A stretch of DNA of 64,000 bases from Escherichia coli (GTDB taxonomy: Bacteria; Pseudomonadota; Gammaproteobacteria; Enterobacterales; Enterobacteriaceae), in the NCBI RefSeq assembly GCF_016903815.1, contig NZ_CP069972.1; one strand, written 5' to 3'. This document shows positions 47,995-58,422 of the stretch, piece after piece (the stretch's first letter is position 1; every line of letters begins with the position of its first letter). The notes beneath the pieces are model-generated. The model had not been told where the DNA came from and searched no databases. It was given only the letters and a program-made list of their open reading frames with translations. The translations under genes and the position numbers were made by a program.

Positions 47995-48070
47995 GTATTC
48001 TGTGAGGCCCCCACTATCTTTCGTCGTTCCGCCAAGTTCGTAAGAAAGATAGTGGGGGTTTTCCTTTTAT
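47995..48070 (+). ncRNA. inc: Inc antisense RNA (about 70 nt) of the repZ replicon
   Basis: Promoter TTGAAT-17-TATACT (47960-47988); 15-bp stem CCCCCACTATCTTTC/GAAAGATAGTGGGGG with loop containing CGCCAA, then T-run; antisense to repZ leader. Confidence 0.6.
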
Positions 48071-49058
48071 GGCTTCCGGAACATCTTCAGTCTTCTGACT
48101 TACTGCCCGTACATGCCATCTCTCCTGAATGCCTTATGGCGCATTCTGCCGTCCGGCTTTCGCCGCTTTGCTCCACAGAGTGCCACCCTCTGCACAGCTA
48201 ATAACAGCCGAAATATACCCGCTTTACGTTAATTTGAAAAGCATTACAACGATCTCTTCTCTTCCAGTGCCTCCTCACTGATACCTCTAATAAGTTAATC
48301 TTGACCTGCGTCAAAAAAATAAAATCTATTTTTAAAAGCAGATTTTTCTGCTTTAGATCTTTCTTTTGGATTAAAAGATCGACTTTTGTCCTACTCACGA
48401 TCATTTATCTTACAACCGATCTACCTAACAGAATAATATTCTGTTTTAATGCAATTAAACGATCTAAATAACCTTTAAAAAATCATTTTGTAGATCATTC
48501 GATCGTAAATAGAATAATTCTTAGATGATAAAACCATTTGTTACACAACCCGCCAATTGTGTAACAACAGCCTCTACAAGAGCATATTTGTTCATATGTT
48601 CGTCAGAACTGCGGATTGTCTGGACGAGGGTCAGACACCGTTTCGTGCATATGGACCAGCATGTTCGAACGCCACAAAGCAGAAGCATCATGCCTGGATC
48701 GCTTCGGCGCGGAGCGTTAAGTTTTGACGCTTTTTTGTATGTTTTTTAAGCTGTTAGTTGACTCGGTGCGTTATACTAAGTACCCTTTACTGGTCACAGG
48801 CAAAACTGTGATCGGGCGTAGGAACCCGCGTAGTCATCGTCGGCGCAGAAGTTAATTTCTTCATTTGGCGTCGTTTTTTGCCATACCATAAAGACAGGAA
48901 CTTGTATTTCTTGTCGTCATCTATGGTAGCTCAGGCGGGGCAGGCATTAGCCTGGCCGGTTTCCGATGACGCCGGTATTCCTACCCCCGTCTGGGCTATC
49001 ACCAATGAGCGTAGGAACTCGGTGATAGCGTTTTTAGTTGTCATCGGAGACCGTTGCT

Positions 49059-49346
49059 ATGTCACCTCAAATGATACAGAAACTCCCGGCCATCACTCTG
49101 TTGGAAGGCATGTTTCCCGAGCTATCAACAAACCAGCTTAAAGTCTGCGTTTTTTACGCAATGGGTGTTCCTTACGACGCCATTGCTCAGAACTGTCGGC
49201 TTTCTCCCGAAACGGTACGAACCTACCTGAAGCGAAGCCTGAAGAACTTAAATCTGGAAGGATATGATGCACTTCGCTCTGCTGTGCTGATGCGAACGTT
49301 CGTTTTCATGATTAGCAATACAGCTAAAGAAAACGAAAAAATGTGA
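49059..49346 (+). CDS. LuxR/GerE-type HTH regulator (95 aa)
   Basis: LSTNQLKVCVFYAMGVPYDAIAQNCRLSPETVRTYLKRSLKNL is a LuxR-type HTH; SD GGAGA; hairpin terminator at 49351-49380. Confidence 0.55.
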   Translation: MSPQMIQKLPAITLLEGMFPELSTNQLKVCVFYAMGVPYDAIAQNCRLSPETVRTYLKRSLKNLNLEGYDALRSAVLMRTFVFMISNTAKENEKM

Positions 49347-49787
49347 ACAGGTGTCCCCATTAAAGGGGACACTTTCATGGAAATTGCATTTTGCACTTTA
49401 CAGGCGATCCCAAATTGATAAACATAAACACCAAGCACAAGTTACTTTAATAAAGCAAATCACTTCAGACGGTGTCCCAGTTATTTGTATCTGGCTCATG
49501 CCCGATATATGGCGACCTTACTCTGAACTGACGTGCTGATGTTTTATTTCGCGTATCACAATACTGTGCCACTGTATTGCTGATATTAGTGCTTAGCCGT
49601 TCTTTATCTGTGAGTTCGCCAAATCACCGATACAGAACGTACTAGAGTCTGCTGGTTATATGCCTGTCAGAACTGCAGTTTATCCAGATATGGGCTGGAC
49701 ACTGCTTCAGACATATGATTTAGCATATTCGCCTGACATCGCAAAATCGTCCATCATGGATCGGTTTTGCGCGGAGCGTTGAACTTC

Positions 49788-50321
49788 GTGAATATAGAAC
49801 ACCTGAATAACCGGAACTGGTATCTTGCGCAATATAATACAGCCGGCAAAAACAGAGAATCTTTATTCTCATGGCTGAATGAGCAAAACGTCGTACCATG
49901 GACTCCATTAATAACAAGAAAGATAAGACGGGCAGACTCCAGGTGCTGTTACCGTGAAAGAATATTCGCTATTTTTCCAGGGTACTTTTTTATTCTGGCT
50001 AATTTTGACATTCACCCAGTATCAGCATTACGTCGACATAGCGCCTTCATTGATTTCGTGAAGTTTGGCGGTGAAATAAAACCCGTCAATAAAGATATTG
50101 TTGATGGATTAATGAAGATTTACCCGGACCCTGTGCTAAATCCGGGAGCCAGGGAAGAGCTGAATGCGGCTTCCAGCATATGGCTGACAAAAGCACAATA
50201 TCAGTATCTCCTCAGAATGGAAAATACTCTCCAGCCTGAGTCGAGGATATCCCTGCTCCTGGAACTGGTATCAAATGCCGAACATCACGGCTTTATGGAG
50301 CGCCTTGTAAACATCCCATAG
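49788..50321 (+). CDS. NusG/RfaH-family transcription antiterminator paralog (TraB-like)
   Basis: N-terminal NWYLAQY... resembles RfaH WYLLYCK; the track ORF starts at TTG 49767; GTG 49788 has an SD; terminator at 50331-50357. Confidence 0.5.
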   Translation: MNIEHLNNRNWYLAQYNTAGKNRESLFSWLNEQNVVPWTPLITRKIRRADSRCCYRERIFAIFPGYFFILANFDIHPVSALRRHSAFIDFVKFGGEIKPVNKDIVDGLMKIYPDPVLNPGAREELNAASSIWLTKAQYQYLLRMENTLQPESRISLLLELVSNAEHHGFMERLVNIP

Positions 50322-50574
50322 CCAGTATTTCCCGGCCTTCGGGCCGGGCTTTTTTCAATTCCAGAGAATATTCCGGAGTGAAGCCTGCACGAAGCCATCC
50401 CCACCATGGACTCCCCCTGTCTTTTGATGGAACCGTGTATTTCTTAATGGCGAAAGAAATAAAAGGCTTCACCCCAGAGTATTGATTCGTTTTATCAAAG
50501 GCCGGCCCGTGCCATCACGTGTGGCGGAGAGAACGGATACCGGTCTTCTTTTCATCTCACAGTAGGACATTCGC

Positions 50575-51258
50575 ATGACCACGACAGAACATCCCGTGCG
50601 CCAGTTGCTCTGGTGTGCACTGAATGCCCTGAAAACGGCACAGGAAAACCACAATATAACCAGTGAAACCGGATTACGGCATTACCTGCTTGAATGGCTT
50701 TCTGGTGCCAGCAGACATCCTGAGTTCCGTAGTCTCCCTGGCGAAATCATGGCGTTAAAAGCATTGACCGAAAAAGATCGCAATATTCCCATCATCGGAA
50801 CGCTGAATACGCTCTTTCTCAGCTCTGCCACTGTCGGGGAATGTCCGTTGTTTCGTTTTCGGGCTGCACTGGGTAAATTACAGAAAGCAGGCTGGCGCAC
50901 ATATGTCTGCCCATGGCCTGAGAGGGTGTTCAATGAATCCATTGAACGGGCCTGTTCCGGGAAACGTCATCTGCTACAACTAAGTCGCACCGAAGAGTGT
51001 TTTCTACCGACAGGCGATATGAGGGCACCAGTTACGTTGCAGCTGATCACTCCACTACACCGCAAAACTATGCAGCTTCTGGAAACGGCAGAGTTAATAT
51101 TCTCCGACGAAGGATTTCAGGTGGTGAGAGGATACGAACATCAATTCGGGATCGAACGCAGAGAAACCCTCTTTCACACCCTATTTATCGGGCTGCCCAG
51201 CCTGCCAGAAGATGTCTGGGGTGCAACACAGGAGCAGACGACTATCACATTACACTGA
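50575..51258 (+). CDS. Hypothetical regulator (227 aa), TraC-like by position
   Basis: SD AGGA; located between the NusG-like gene and pilI. Confidence 0.4.
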   Translation: MTTTEHPVRQLLWCALNALKTAQENHNITSETGLRHYLLEWLSGASRHPEFRSLPGEIMALKALTEKDRNIPIIGTLNTLFLSSATVGECPLFRFRAALGKLQKAGWRTYVCPWPERVFNESIERACSGKRHLLQLSRTEECFLPTGDMRAPVTLQLITPLHRKTMQLLETAELIFSDEGFQVVRGYEHQFGIERRETLFHTLFIGLPSLPEDVWGATQEQTTITLH

Positions 51259-51269
51259 GGATGTGTAAT

Positions 51270-51390
51270 CCCCGGCATACCCCGTTTCCAGTCTTCGCAG
51301 CCTGTACCACCCTTCCTGCCGTTTCCGACATTCTTTCTGTCACTACTCGCTTGTGCCATTTTTTCGCAAGCGGCCCCCATCGACATGACG
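51270..51390 (+). repeat. About 100-bp direct repeat, copy 1 (upstream of pilI)
   Basis: CCGTTTCCxGTCTTCGCAGCCTGTACCxCCCTTCCTGCCGTTTCCGACATTCTTTCTGTCACTACTCGCTTGTGCCxTTTTTTCGCAA, near-identical to 51985-52095. Confidence 0.6.
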
Positions 51391-51430
51391 GTGCGAGTCT
51401 TTCTTTTTACCCTGAGAGGAAATTAACAGC

Positions 51431-51982
51431 ATGAAAAAACAACCACTACTCTGGATGACGATAGCCGCCGCACTGCTGTCCGGCTGCACAGGCCACAGGG
51501 AACATCACCCGCAGGTGACATTCACGGTCGATACCGTGCGAACAGACACAACGGCCAGCAACCCAATCTGCCTGGCGGAAAAATACGGAAGCCTTCTTAA
51601 TGAGCGCCATCCGGACCTGTTTGCCGGTGCTCAGGGGAGTATTTCACGCAGTGCATTTTTTAATGACAGCCTGACGCTGACACCTGAAACGCTCCACGGG
51701 ATGATACAGAATACGCCCTGTGTTGAATCACTGGTAACGTCCGTAGGTCCGGATACCTTCACTGCAGATGTCTCTCCCGGTGTCAGAATGCAGGTATCAC
51801 CGGATATTCACGGTGCGCCCGGAAATATCACTCTGCGACTCTCGACCACAGACCAGAAACGAAAACAGACTGTTGAACAAAGCATTTCTCTCAGACCGGA
51901 ACAGTCCCTTGTCGTGAATGGATTCACCGGAGACGGAGCTGGCGAAAAGCGCGTCGTTCTCATCACACCTCACGTGCGTTAA
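51431..51982 (+). CDS. Lipoprotein (183 aa), PilI-like by position
   Basis: Signal peptide with lipobox LLSGC; first gene of the pil cluster. Confidence 0.45.
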   Translation: MKKQPLLWMTIAAALLSGCTGHREHHPQVTFTVDTVRTDTTASNPICLAEKYGSLLNERHPDLFAGAQGSISRSAFFNDSLTLTPETLHGMIQNTPCVESLVTSVGPDTFTADVSPGVRMQVSPDIHGAPGNITLRLSTTDQKRKQTVEQSISLRPEQSLVVNGFTGDGAGEKRVVLITPHVR

Positions 51983-51984
51983 TT

Positions 51985-52095
51985 CCCAACACAACCCGTT
52001 TCCCGTCTTCGCAGCCTGTACCGCCCTTCCTGCCGTTTCCGACATTCTTTCTGTCACTACTCGCTTGTGCCGTTTTTTCGCAACCGGTACGTGCA
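51985..52095 (+). repeat. About 100-bp direct repeat, copy 2 (upstream of pilJ-like gene)
   Basis: See copy 1. Confidence 0.6.
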
Positions 52096-52143
52096 GTTAT
52101 GACGGTACAGCTGCTTCTTTTCCCGTTCCGGAAGGAGTCTTTG

Positions 52144-52398
52144 ATGCCACAGCAACATCCTGGACGACTGCAAATACTGGTCGTCGACGCACACTGCAAA
52201 CGCAGGCTGTTTTCAACGAAAACACCGACAGACCCCGATGAGCTTGCCCGACGTTTCTGCACGCCGGATAACTGTCTCGTGGTGGTACTACGCGACAACC
52301 GATTTCTGTTCCGACTGGAGCGTGCTCCCGGCAGCCACTGCCGCTGGCACAAGGGCAGCAGCTCCCGCCATCAGCATCTACAGGACTGGCTGTCGTAA
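52144..52398 (+). CDS. Small protein (84 aa), PilJ-like by position
   Basis: ATG at 52144 with SD GGAG. Confidence 0.35.
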   Translation: MPQQHPGRLQILVVDAHCKRRLFSTKTPTDPDELARRFCTPDNCLVVVLRDNRFLFRLERAPGSHCRWHKGSSSRHQHLQDWLS

Positions 52399-52564
52399 AC
52401 ACAACAAAAACAAAAGACCTCGTCAAAACAGGTGGGGGCCGTGTTCTTTTTAGTTAAATTAACCATCGCGATTGCGATTGTCTGTGTACACCTTTTAACG
52501 ATTTTAATTTAGCCGTTTGTTGCCATCTTTATTACCTCTCTCCCTTTTATCATGGAGATTAACG

Positions 52565-52861
52565 ATGTTTACCATGTTCTTTCTAGTTAAATTAACCATC
52601 GCGATTGTGATTGTCTGTGGAATCCTTTCTCCGATTTTAGTTTCACCACATAACAAACTGTCCACACTTTTTTGGAAGATACCAAACGCGTTCTGGATTT
52701 TCCTGATTTGCATATACTTTGCAATCGCCATGGCGGTGTTAATAGAAAGCAGTGAACAGACACGCATCCGCCGCCAACAATATTTCCAACAGTGCGAAGT
52801 GCCAAATGAGACACATAAAAATGTGGTGATAGAAAACAGTATTAAAAGTCAACTAATATGA
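52565..52861 (+). CDS. Small membrane protein (98 aa)
   Basis: SD GGAGA; two TM helices; its first about 50 nt are duplicated at 52441-52512. Confidence 0.4.
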   Translation: MFTMFFLVKLTIAIVIVCGILSPILVSPHNKLSTLFWKIPNAFWIFLICIYFAIAMAVLIESSEQTRIRRQQYFQQCEVPNETHKNVVIENSIKSQLI

Positions 52862-53451
52862 AAAATAATAACGTACCATTATATCTATGGTTGCTTTGGT
52901 GTACGCTTTGTCTGTACATCACTACCCCATGGCAATACTTACGTTATCCATACACTGACAACTTATCATTGCCTTATATGTTATATTTCTGTGTGGTGGT
53001 TGTGATTTGCATTTTCCCACTACTTTTCAGATGTGTACTTCTTATTGTAAGGTCTGCATCTAAATACGACTTCACATTCTTTGTGAAGAAGAAAAAGGGA
53101 AGCAAGAAATCAACTATACATCTTAGCCCCTATGCTGACACACGTTGCCCGAAGTCAATGAGGAAACACTGGGATGTATTGCTTTCTCTGATATCAAAAG
53201 CAATTAATAATGATGAAATCATTGTCATGCATTCACATCTCTTTACTCCAGCAAGAATAAATAAACTTATAAAGAGACTGGAATCTTATGATTTGAGTTT
53301 TTCAGTTATTACATACCCACGGAAAACAAGTCTGTACGAAAAATTATCAATTCCTTTTATATATCTCTTATTTCAGTGGTCTTTCCCGCATTTGCATTCG
53401 GACGGAATGACAGTCGTCATTCGTCCTCTCCAGCCGCCTCACACCAATTAA
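52858..53451 (+). CDS. Membrane protein (197 aa), PilK-like by position
   Basis: ATGA overlap with upstream stop; hydrophobic N-terminal half. Confidence 0.4.
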   Translation: MKNNNVPLYLWLLWCTLCLYITTPWQYLRYPYTDNLSLPYMLYFCVVVVICIFPLLFRCVLLIVRSASKYDFTFFVKKKKGSKKSTIHLSPYADTRCPKSMRKHWDVLLSLISKAINNDEIIVMHSHLFTPARINKLIKRLESYDLSFSVITYPRKTSLYEKLSIPFIYLLFQWSFPHLHSDGMTVVIRPLQPPHTN

Positions 53452-53484
53452 CAAACACGTATATACGAACACGGAGTCTCCGTT

Positions 53485-54552
53485 ATGAAAAAAAACTGTC
53501 TGACACTTATACTGCCGTCATTATTGTCCGGCTGTGCCGGAATTTCCGGCAGCAATAACGTGGCACCATCAGATACGCCTGCTCTGGTTTTTGTTGACGG
53601 ACAAATCAGTGAAAGTGCTGGCGTTCTGGCACTTACGCAACAACGTCTTTCTCCACCTAAAATAACTCCCCCCCCGAGAGTCAGCGTGCCAGAGACAGTA
53701 AAAACAGCACAGCCTGTTAGCGAATCCCGACCGTTACCTTCACCAACAATAAGTCAGAATTTCTCCCGGTTAATCATTACAGGCAAGCCTGGTAGCGCCC
53801 CTGTAACACTATCGCCGACGGCCCGTAACCGGACCGTCAGTCAGTGGATAAAAACATTACTACCGGAAGGATGGAAATTCAGACAAGAGAATGCAGCCAC
53901 GCCCAAGCTGAATACCAAACTGGTTTCATGGTCTGCCAATGATCAGTGGACCCGTTCTCTGAACCGGTTGCTGGAAGAACAACACCTATGGGGCCATCTG
54001 GACTGGGATAATAAAACGTTGACCGTCACAACATCAGCTGCTGCACCGGCACAGGACACGGCAACCACTATCTCGCCAGCAGCCATGGTAACCACATCCA
54101 CTTCCCCTGAATCTCCAACAACAGCAAATAGCCAGAACAAACCACGAAATCCATTCAGAGGAAACAGCGTATCTTCGTCAACCCCCGCCGCCACCCCAAC
54201 TCCAACCGGCTCCACAGTCAAGTCTATCCCGCTCATGACCGGGACGCCTGTCAAACCGGTATCTCAGGGTAAAGAGTGGCGTGCGCCGGCAGGCACCACA
54301 TTAAGAGAGAACATTATTAAGTGGGCAGAAGAAACAAAATGCGAAAGCATGGCATCAACGCACTGGATGGTCATATGGCCACTTTCTGTAACCGATTACC
54401 GTCTGGATGCGCCTTTAATGTTCCGGGGATCATTTGAATCAGCCATGGAGCAGGTATTTGAGTTATATCGGACTGCGCAAAAACCTTTATACGCACAGGC
54501 TTCTCGCATGCAGTGCATCATTACAGTTTCTGATACAAGGGATGGTCGCTAA
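53485..54552 (+). CDS. pilL: Thin-pilus lipoprotein PilL (355 aa)
   Basis: Lipobox LLSGCAG; Pro/Thr-rich linker; begins the conserved pilL-to-pilV order. Confidence 0.7.
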   Translation: MKKNCLTLILPSLLSGCAGISGSNNVAPSDTPALVFVDGQISESAGVLALTQQRLSPPKITPPPRVSVPETVKTAQPVSESRPLPSPTISQNFSRLIITGKPGSAPVTLSPTARNRTVSQWIKTLLPEGWKFRQENAATPKLNTKLVSWSANDQWTRSLNRLLEEQHLWGHLDWDNKTLTVTTSAAAPAQDTATTISPAAMVTTSTSPESPTTANSQNKPRNPFRGNSVSSSTPAATPTPTGSTVKSIPLMTGTPVKPVSQGKEWRAPAGTTLRENIIKWAEETKCESMASTHWMVIWPLSVTDYRLDAPLMFRGSFESAMEQVFELYRTAQKPLYAQASRMQCIITVSDTRDGR

Positions 54553-54989
54553 TGGGATGGCTGGTCATGGCCGTCGGCCTGACCATTCTGATTATCACTG
54601 GTAGCTACCAGAATCAGAAGATGTCTGAAACCACAAACGCCCAGCAATATGCAAGTGCGTCTGTATGGGCAAGTCAGATACTAATGATTGCTAACAGAAT
54701 CAATGATATCAGATACGTATCAGGCCAGCAGGACGGAGTAATTTCCTCAGATAAACTGGCTCTCCCTGTCACTCCGGACTCCCGAATTAAACATCAGTTA
54801 CAACAGGGGCGTCTGTGGGTATGGATGCCTGAACAACCAGGACTTGTTGAAACTTTGCGTTCAAAAAGTCGTGGTTCTGCACTAATAGGGATCTTCCAAA
54901 ACGGGCAACTCACCTGGCTATCAGGAACTGCAACCGGTCTGACACCCCCGGCAGGCATTACTGCTGGTTCTGTCGTCTACGTTAACTAA
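54552..54989 (+). CDS. pilM: PilM (145 aa)
   Basis: N-terminal TM anchor; overlaps pilL stop. Confidence 0.65.
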   Translation: MGWLVMAVGLTILIITGSYQNQKMSETTNAQQYASASVWASQILMIANRINDIRYVSGQQDGVISSDKLALPVTPDSRIKHQLQQGRLWVWMPEQPGLVETLRSKSRGSALIGIFQNGQLTWLSGTATGLTPPAGITAGSVVYVN

Positions 54990-55002
54990 TCTGGATATAT
55001 TC

Positions 55003-56685
55003 ATGAAAAAATCACACCAGCGTTCAATGAAGCTGGCGGTGCTCCCCTGCATGATCGCCGTCGCTCTTTCCATCTCCGGATGTACTTTCAGCGAAATCAA
55101 CAAAATGCAGAAAAAAGCACAGGAAGACTCAGCACATGCACGGGAAAAGGTATCAGCCCTTTCGGCCCGTAAATCGCAGGCTCTCACCTGGCTCGATAAT
55201 CAATGGATAAACCCTGTTCCGGTCGCTCAGGTATCAAGAGAGAAAAAACAAACAGCTCCGGCCTGCTACATCACGCAGGCAAGAAAAGGAGAGATCACTC
55301 TGCAGGAACTGGGGCAACGTATTACTGCCGTATGCGGCATCCCTGTAATCATCACGCCTGACGCAGCCAATTCAACTCTTGAAGGAGGCGCTACCCGCCA
55401 GATGACAGGAACACTACCAGCACCAGATGAAAATGGACGTCTACCGTTAAGCAGCCTGGGCAGCACAACAATGACTACCTCCACTCAGCCATTAACGCTG
55501 AATAACCTCATGTGGCAGGGAGATATCAATGGTCTTCTGGATCTGATGGCCAGCCGGAGTGGTCTGTACTGGCGCATGGATAATGGTCGGATTGTATTCT
55601 ATCTGACTGAAACCAGAACGTATCCACTTCATATGCTGAACACCAAAACCAGCAGCAGTTCCAGTGTCAGCTCTGGCTCAACAAGCACAATGGGGGCAAC
55701 AGGAGGCCAGGATAACTCAGCATCCGGTGATGCAACGTCCTCTCAGAGCACAACCGTTGGTCAGGAATACGATCTGTATGAAGACATCCGGAAAACTATT
55801 GAAGCAATGCTGACACCAGAAAAAGGCCGTTACTGGTTATCTGCATCGAGCTCAACGCTAACAGTCACTGATACTCCTGCTGTCCAGGAAGCCGTCGCAC
55901 GATATGTGGACGAACAAAACAGTATTATGAACCGCCAGGTAGCCCTGAACGTACAGGTTCTGAGCGTCAGCAATACCAGAAACGAGCAGTTCGGTCTGGA
56001 CTGGAACCTTGTTTACAAATCGCTACATTCCGCCGGAGCAACGTTGAACAATGCAAGCGGAGATTTTACAGGCGCTACATCTGCAGGCGTATCAATTCTG
56101 GATACGGCAACAGGGAATGCCGCCAAATTCAGCGGTTCCAGCCTTCTGATTAAAGCACTGAGTGAACAAGGCGATGTCAGCGTTGTAACTTCACAAGAAA
56201 GCACTGTCACAAACCTGACGCCGGTACCTATCCAGATGGCAGATCAGACAGTTTACGTCGCCCAGTCAGCAACAACTACGACTACGGATGTAGGAGCAAC
56301 AACAACATTAACACCGGGCATGATCACCACTGGATTCAATATGACCCTACTGCCTTTAATTCAGAAAACAGGCAATCTCCAGTTGCAGATGAACTTTAAT
56401 CTGTCTGATCCCCCAACTATCCGTAGCTTTACGTCAAAAGACGGAAACAGTTACATCGAAATGCCATATACCAAACTGCGTTCACTGAGCCAGAAGGTCA
56501 ATCTGAAAGAAGGGCAATCACTTGTCGTTACTGGTTTCGATCAGAACAATACGACGACAAGTAAAGCCGGTACGTTTACGCCAGCAAATCCATTATTTGG
56601 TGGTTCACAAACCGGGAAAAATGAACGCAGCACGCTTGTGATCATCATTACCCCGACTTTCCCGTCAGGAGGCAATAATGGCTGA
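55003..56685 (+). CDS. pilN: PilN secretin-like outer-membrane lipoprotein (560 aa)
   Basis: Lipoprotein signal ISGCTF; Ser/Thr-rich region; secretin-like C-terminal half. Confidence 0.75.
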   Translation: MKKSHQRSMKLAVLPCMIAVALSISGCTFSEINKMQKKAQEDSAHAREKVSALSARKSQALTWLDNQWINPVPVAQVSREKKQTAPACYITQARKGEITLQELGQRITAVCGIPVIITPDAANSTLEGGATRQMTGTLPAPDENGRLPLSSLGSTTMTTSTQPLTLNNLMWQGDINGLLDLMASRSGLYWRMDNGRIVFYLTETRTYPLHMLNTKTSSSSSVSSGSTSTMGATGGQDNSASGDATSSQSTTVGQEYDLYEDIRKTIEAMLTPEKGRYWLSASSSTLTVTDTPAVQEAVARYVDEQNSIMNRQVALNVQVLSVSNTRNEQFGLDWNLVYKSLHSAGATLNNASGDFTGATSAGVSILDTATGNAAKFSGSSLLIKALSEQGDVSVVTSQESTVTNLTPVPIQMADQTVYVAQSATTTTTDVGATTTLTPGMITTGFNMTLLPLIQKTGNLQLQMNFNLSDPPTIRSFTSKDGNSYIEMPYTKLRSLSQKVNLKEGQSLVVTGFDQNNTTTSKAGTFTPANPLFGGSQTGKNERSTLVIIITPTFPSGGNNG

Positions 56686-57973
56686 TGAAGATATCAACCC
56701 GGTAGTGCTTCTCGAAGATCCTAAAGTAAATCATCGCGTGTGGGCTGCCTGTCTTAAATGGACTCCTGTCGTAAAAAAACAGCGCGTCCCCTCACATCAT
56801 AAACACAAGTCTCATGTAAAACCCAGACGGCTTACCTCCCTGAAAGTGACTGTAGGCAGCAGAAATTCCCGTGGAAAGATCAGCCGCCTTACCGGCACAG
56901 GAATACTGACCAGGCCAGAACGCAATCATTATTTTTCCCTGGCACTGGCTTTCTGCTCATGGGTCAGAAATGGATACGGTGTCTTCCGGTACAGCGATAA
57001 GGAGCTCTTATTCCTTGCTTCCATTAATGGCCAGCCTGCCGTTATGGCTGACTTATCAGGAAATGATGCCGACGTTGCCCAAAAGGTCAGCCTTTTTCTG
57101 GCGATGAACGAAGAGCCCCCCGAAAAATGGCAGGTTGTATCGTCTCTGGAACATCCTGATAACTGGGAAAGTATTATTACCCGGTTATCATCAGCAGACC
57201 TCCGCCGTTGCAAACTTACTGTCGGCAATCGCAGCAAATTCACACTGCCTGCCGTACTGTTTTTAGTAGCAGCCGGCGCAGGCACTGTATTCTGGATGAC
57301 TCAGCCAGAGCCGGATGTCGTACCGACGCCCGAGGAGATAGCTGCTCGGGCAAGATTGCAGTTTAAAAAGCCCGATCCACCGCCAGAACTCCCGCATCCA
57401 TGGGCATCACAACCTGTAATCAGTGATTTTCTGAAAGCCTGCGCGGACCTTCGAAAACCGTCACCGGTCGCACTGGAAGGCTGGAAACTTACCGGCGGAA
57501 CATGTACTCCTGAGACATTCACACTGATTTACGAACGACAGCCTGGAGGAACCATTGAGGGTTTTCTGGCAAGAAGTAAAGAAATCTTTGGTGTTATTCC
57601 TGACTTTAACCTTAAAGATGGTGCACGCCAGGTTTCTGTAACCCGTCCACTGCCGTCCCTGCCCGGCAGGGATGAGGCTGTCCCGGCCCCCTCAGAACAA
57701 CTGATGCGGGTGTTCACGTGGTTTCAGAAAAAACAGTTAACACCGGCCATTAATGAAATAGCCATACCGGAGCCATTACCAGGCAACGATGGTGAACCAG
57801 CCCCTGTTCAGAAATGGAAAGAATATCAGTTCAGTTTATCAACTCCTGTAAATCCTGATGAGTTTTTCCCTTTACTTCAGGATACCGGCGTCCGTCTGAG
57901 CAATATCCATTTTGAATTAAACGGCGGTACTTTCAGTTATTCCTCAGAAGGTCATATATATGCGTCCAAGTAA
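56678..57973 (+). CDS. pilO: PilO (431 aa)
   Basis: Overlaps pilN stop; position and size. Confidence 0.65.
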   Translation: MADEDINPVVLLEDPKVNHRVWAACLKWTPVVKKQRVPSHHKHKSHVKPRRLTSLKVTVGSRNSRGKISRLTGTGILTRPERNHYFSLALAFCSWVRNGYGVFRYSDKELLFLASINGQPAVMADLSGNDADVAQKVSLFLAMNEEPPEKWQVVSSLEHPDNWESIITRLSSADLRRCKLTVGNRSKFTLPAVLFLVAAGAGTVFWMTQPEPDVVPTPEEIAARARLQFKKPDPPPELPHPWASQPVISDFLKACADLRKPSPVALEGWKLTGGTCTPETFTLIYERQPGGTIEGFLARSKEIFGVIPDFNLKDGARQVSVTRPLPSLPGRDEAVPAPSEQLMRVFTWFQKKQLTPAINEIAIPEPLPGNDGEPAPVQKWKEYQFSLSTPVNPDEFFPLLQDTGVRLSNIHFELNGGTFSYSSEGHIYASK

Positions 57974-58412
57974 ATTACTCATTATTCCTTCCATATTTTT
58001 CTTCTCTGGTTTTTCATTTGCCACAACACAACCTCTTGTCACAATAGGAGAACTTGAAGCACAACAAAACCGGAATATTCTTTTACAGGCAAAAGTTCAG
58101 GGTGCACAGTTACAGAAACAACTTGAAGAATCAGATGTTACTTCATCATCTGAAACTGTTTCAGGTTTCTCTGGTGTGACCGCCCCCTTGCCATCAGTTT
58201 CAGAGCAAACGGCACCGAAAAACAGAAAAGAATTGCCCATCATTATGGAAATAAACGGCAAAGATAAACGTCTTCATGCCGTTCTTCGCATGGCTGATGG
58301 ACGTCAGACAAGCGTCACCACTGGCAGCCAGCTTCCAGGTACATCCGTCACGGTGAAGTCGATCTCATTGTCTGGCGTCACGTTAAGTGATGGCACTACC
58401 CTTACTTTCTGA
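57960..58412 (+). CDS. pilP: PilP (150 aa)
   Basis: N-terminal signal/TM segment; position and size. Confidence 0.6.
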   Translation: MRPSKLLIIPSIFFFSGFSFATTQPLVTIGELEAQQNRNILLQAKVQGAQLQKQLEESDVTSSSETVSGFSGVTAPLPSVSEQTAPKNRKELPIIMEINGKDKRLHAVLRMADGRQTSVTTGSQLPGTSVTVKSISLSGVTLSDGTTLTF

Positions 58413-58422
58413 GTAACGTGAT

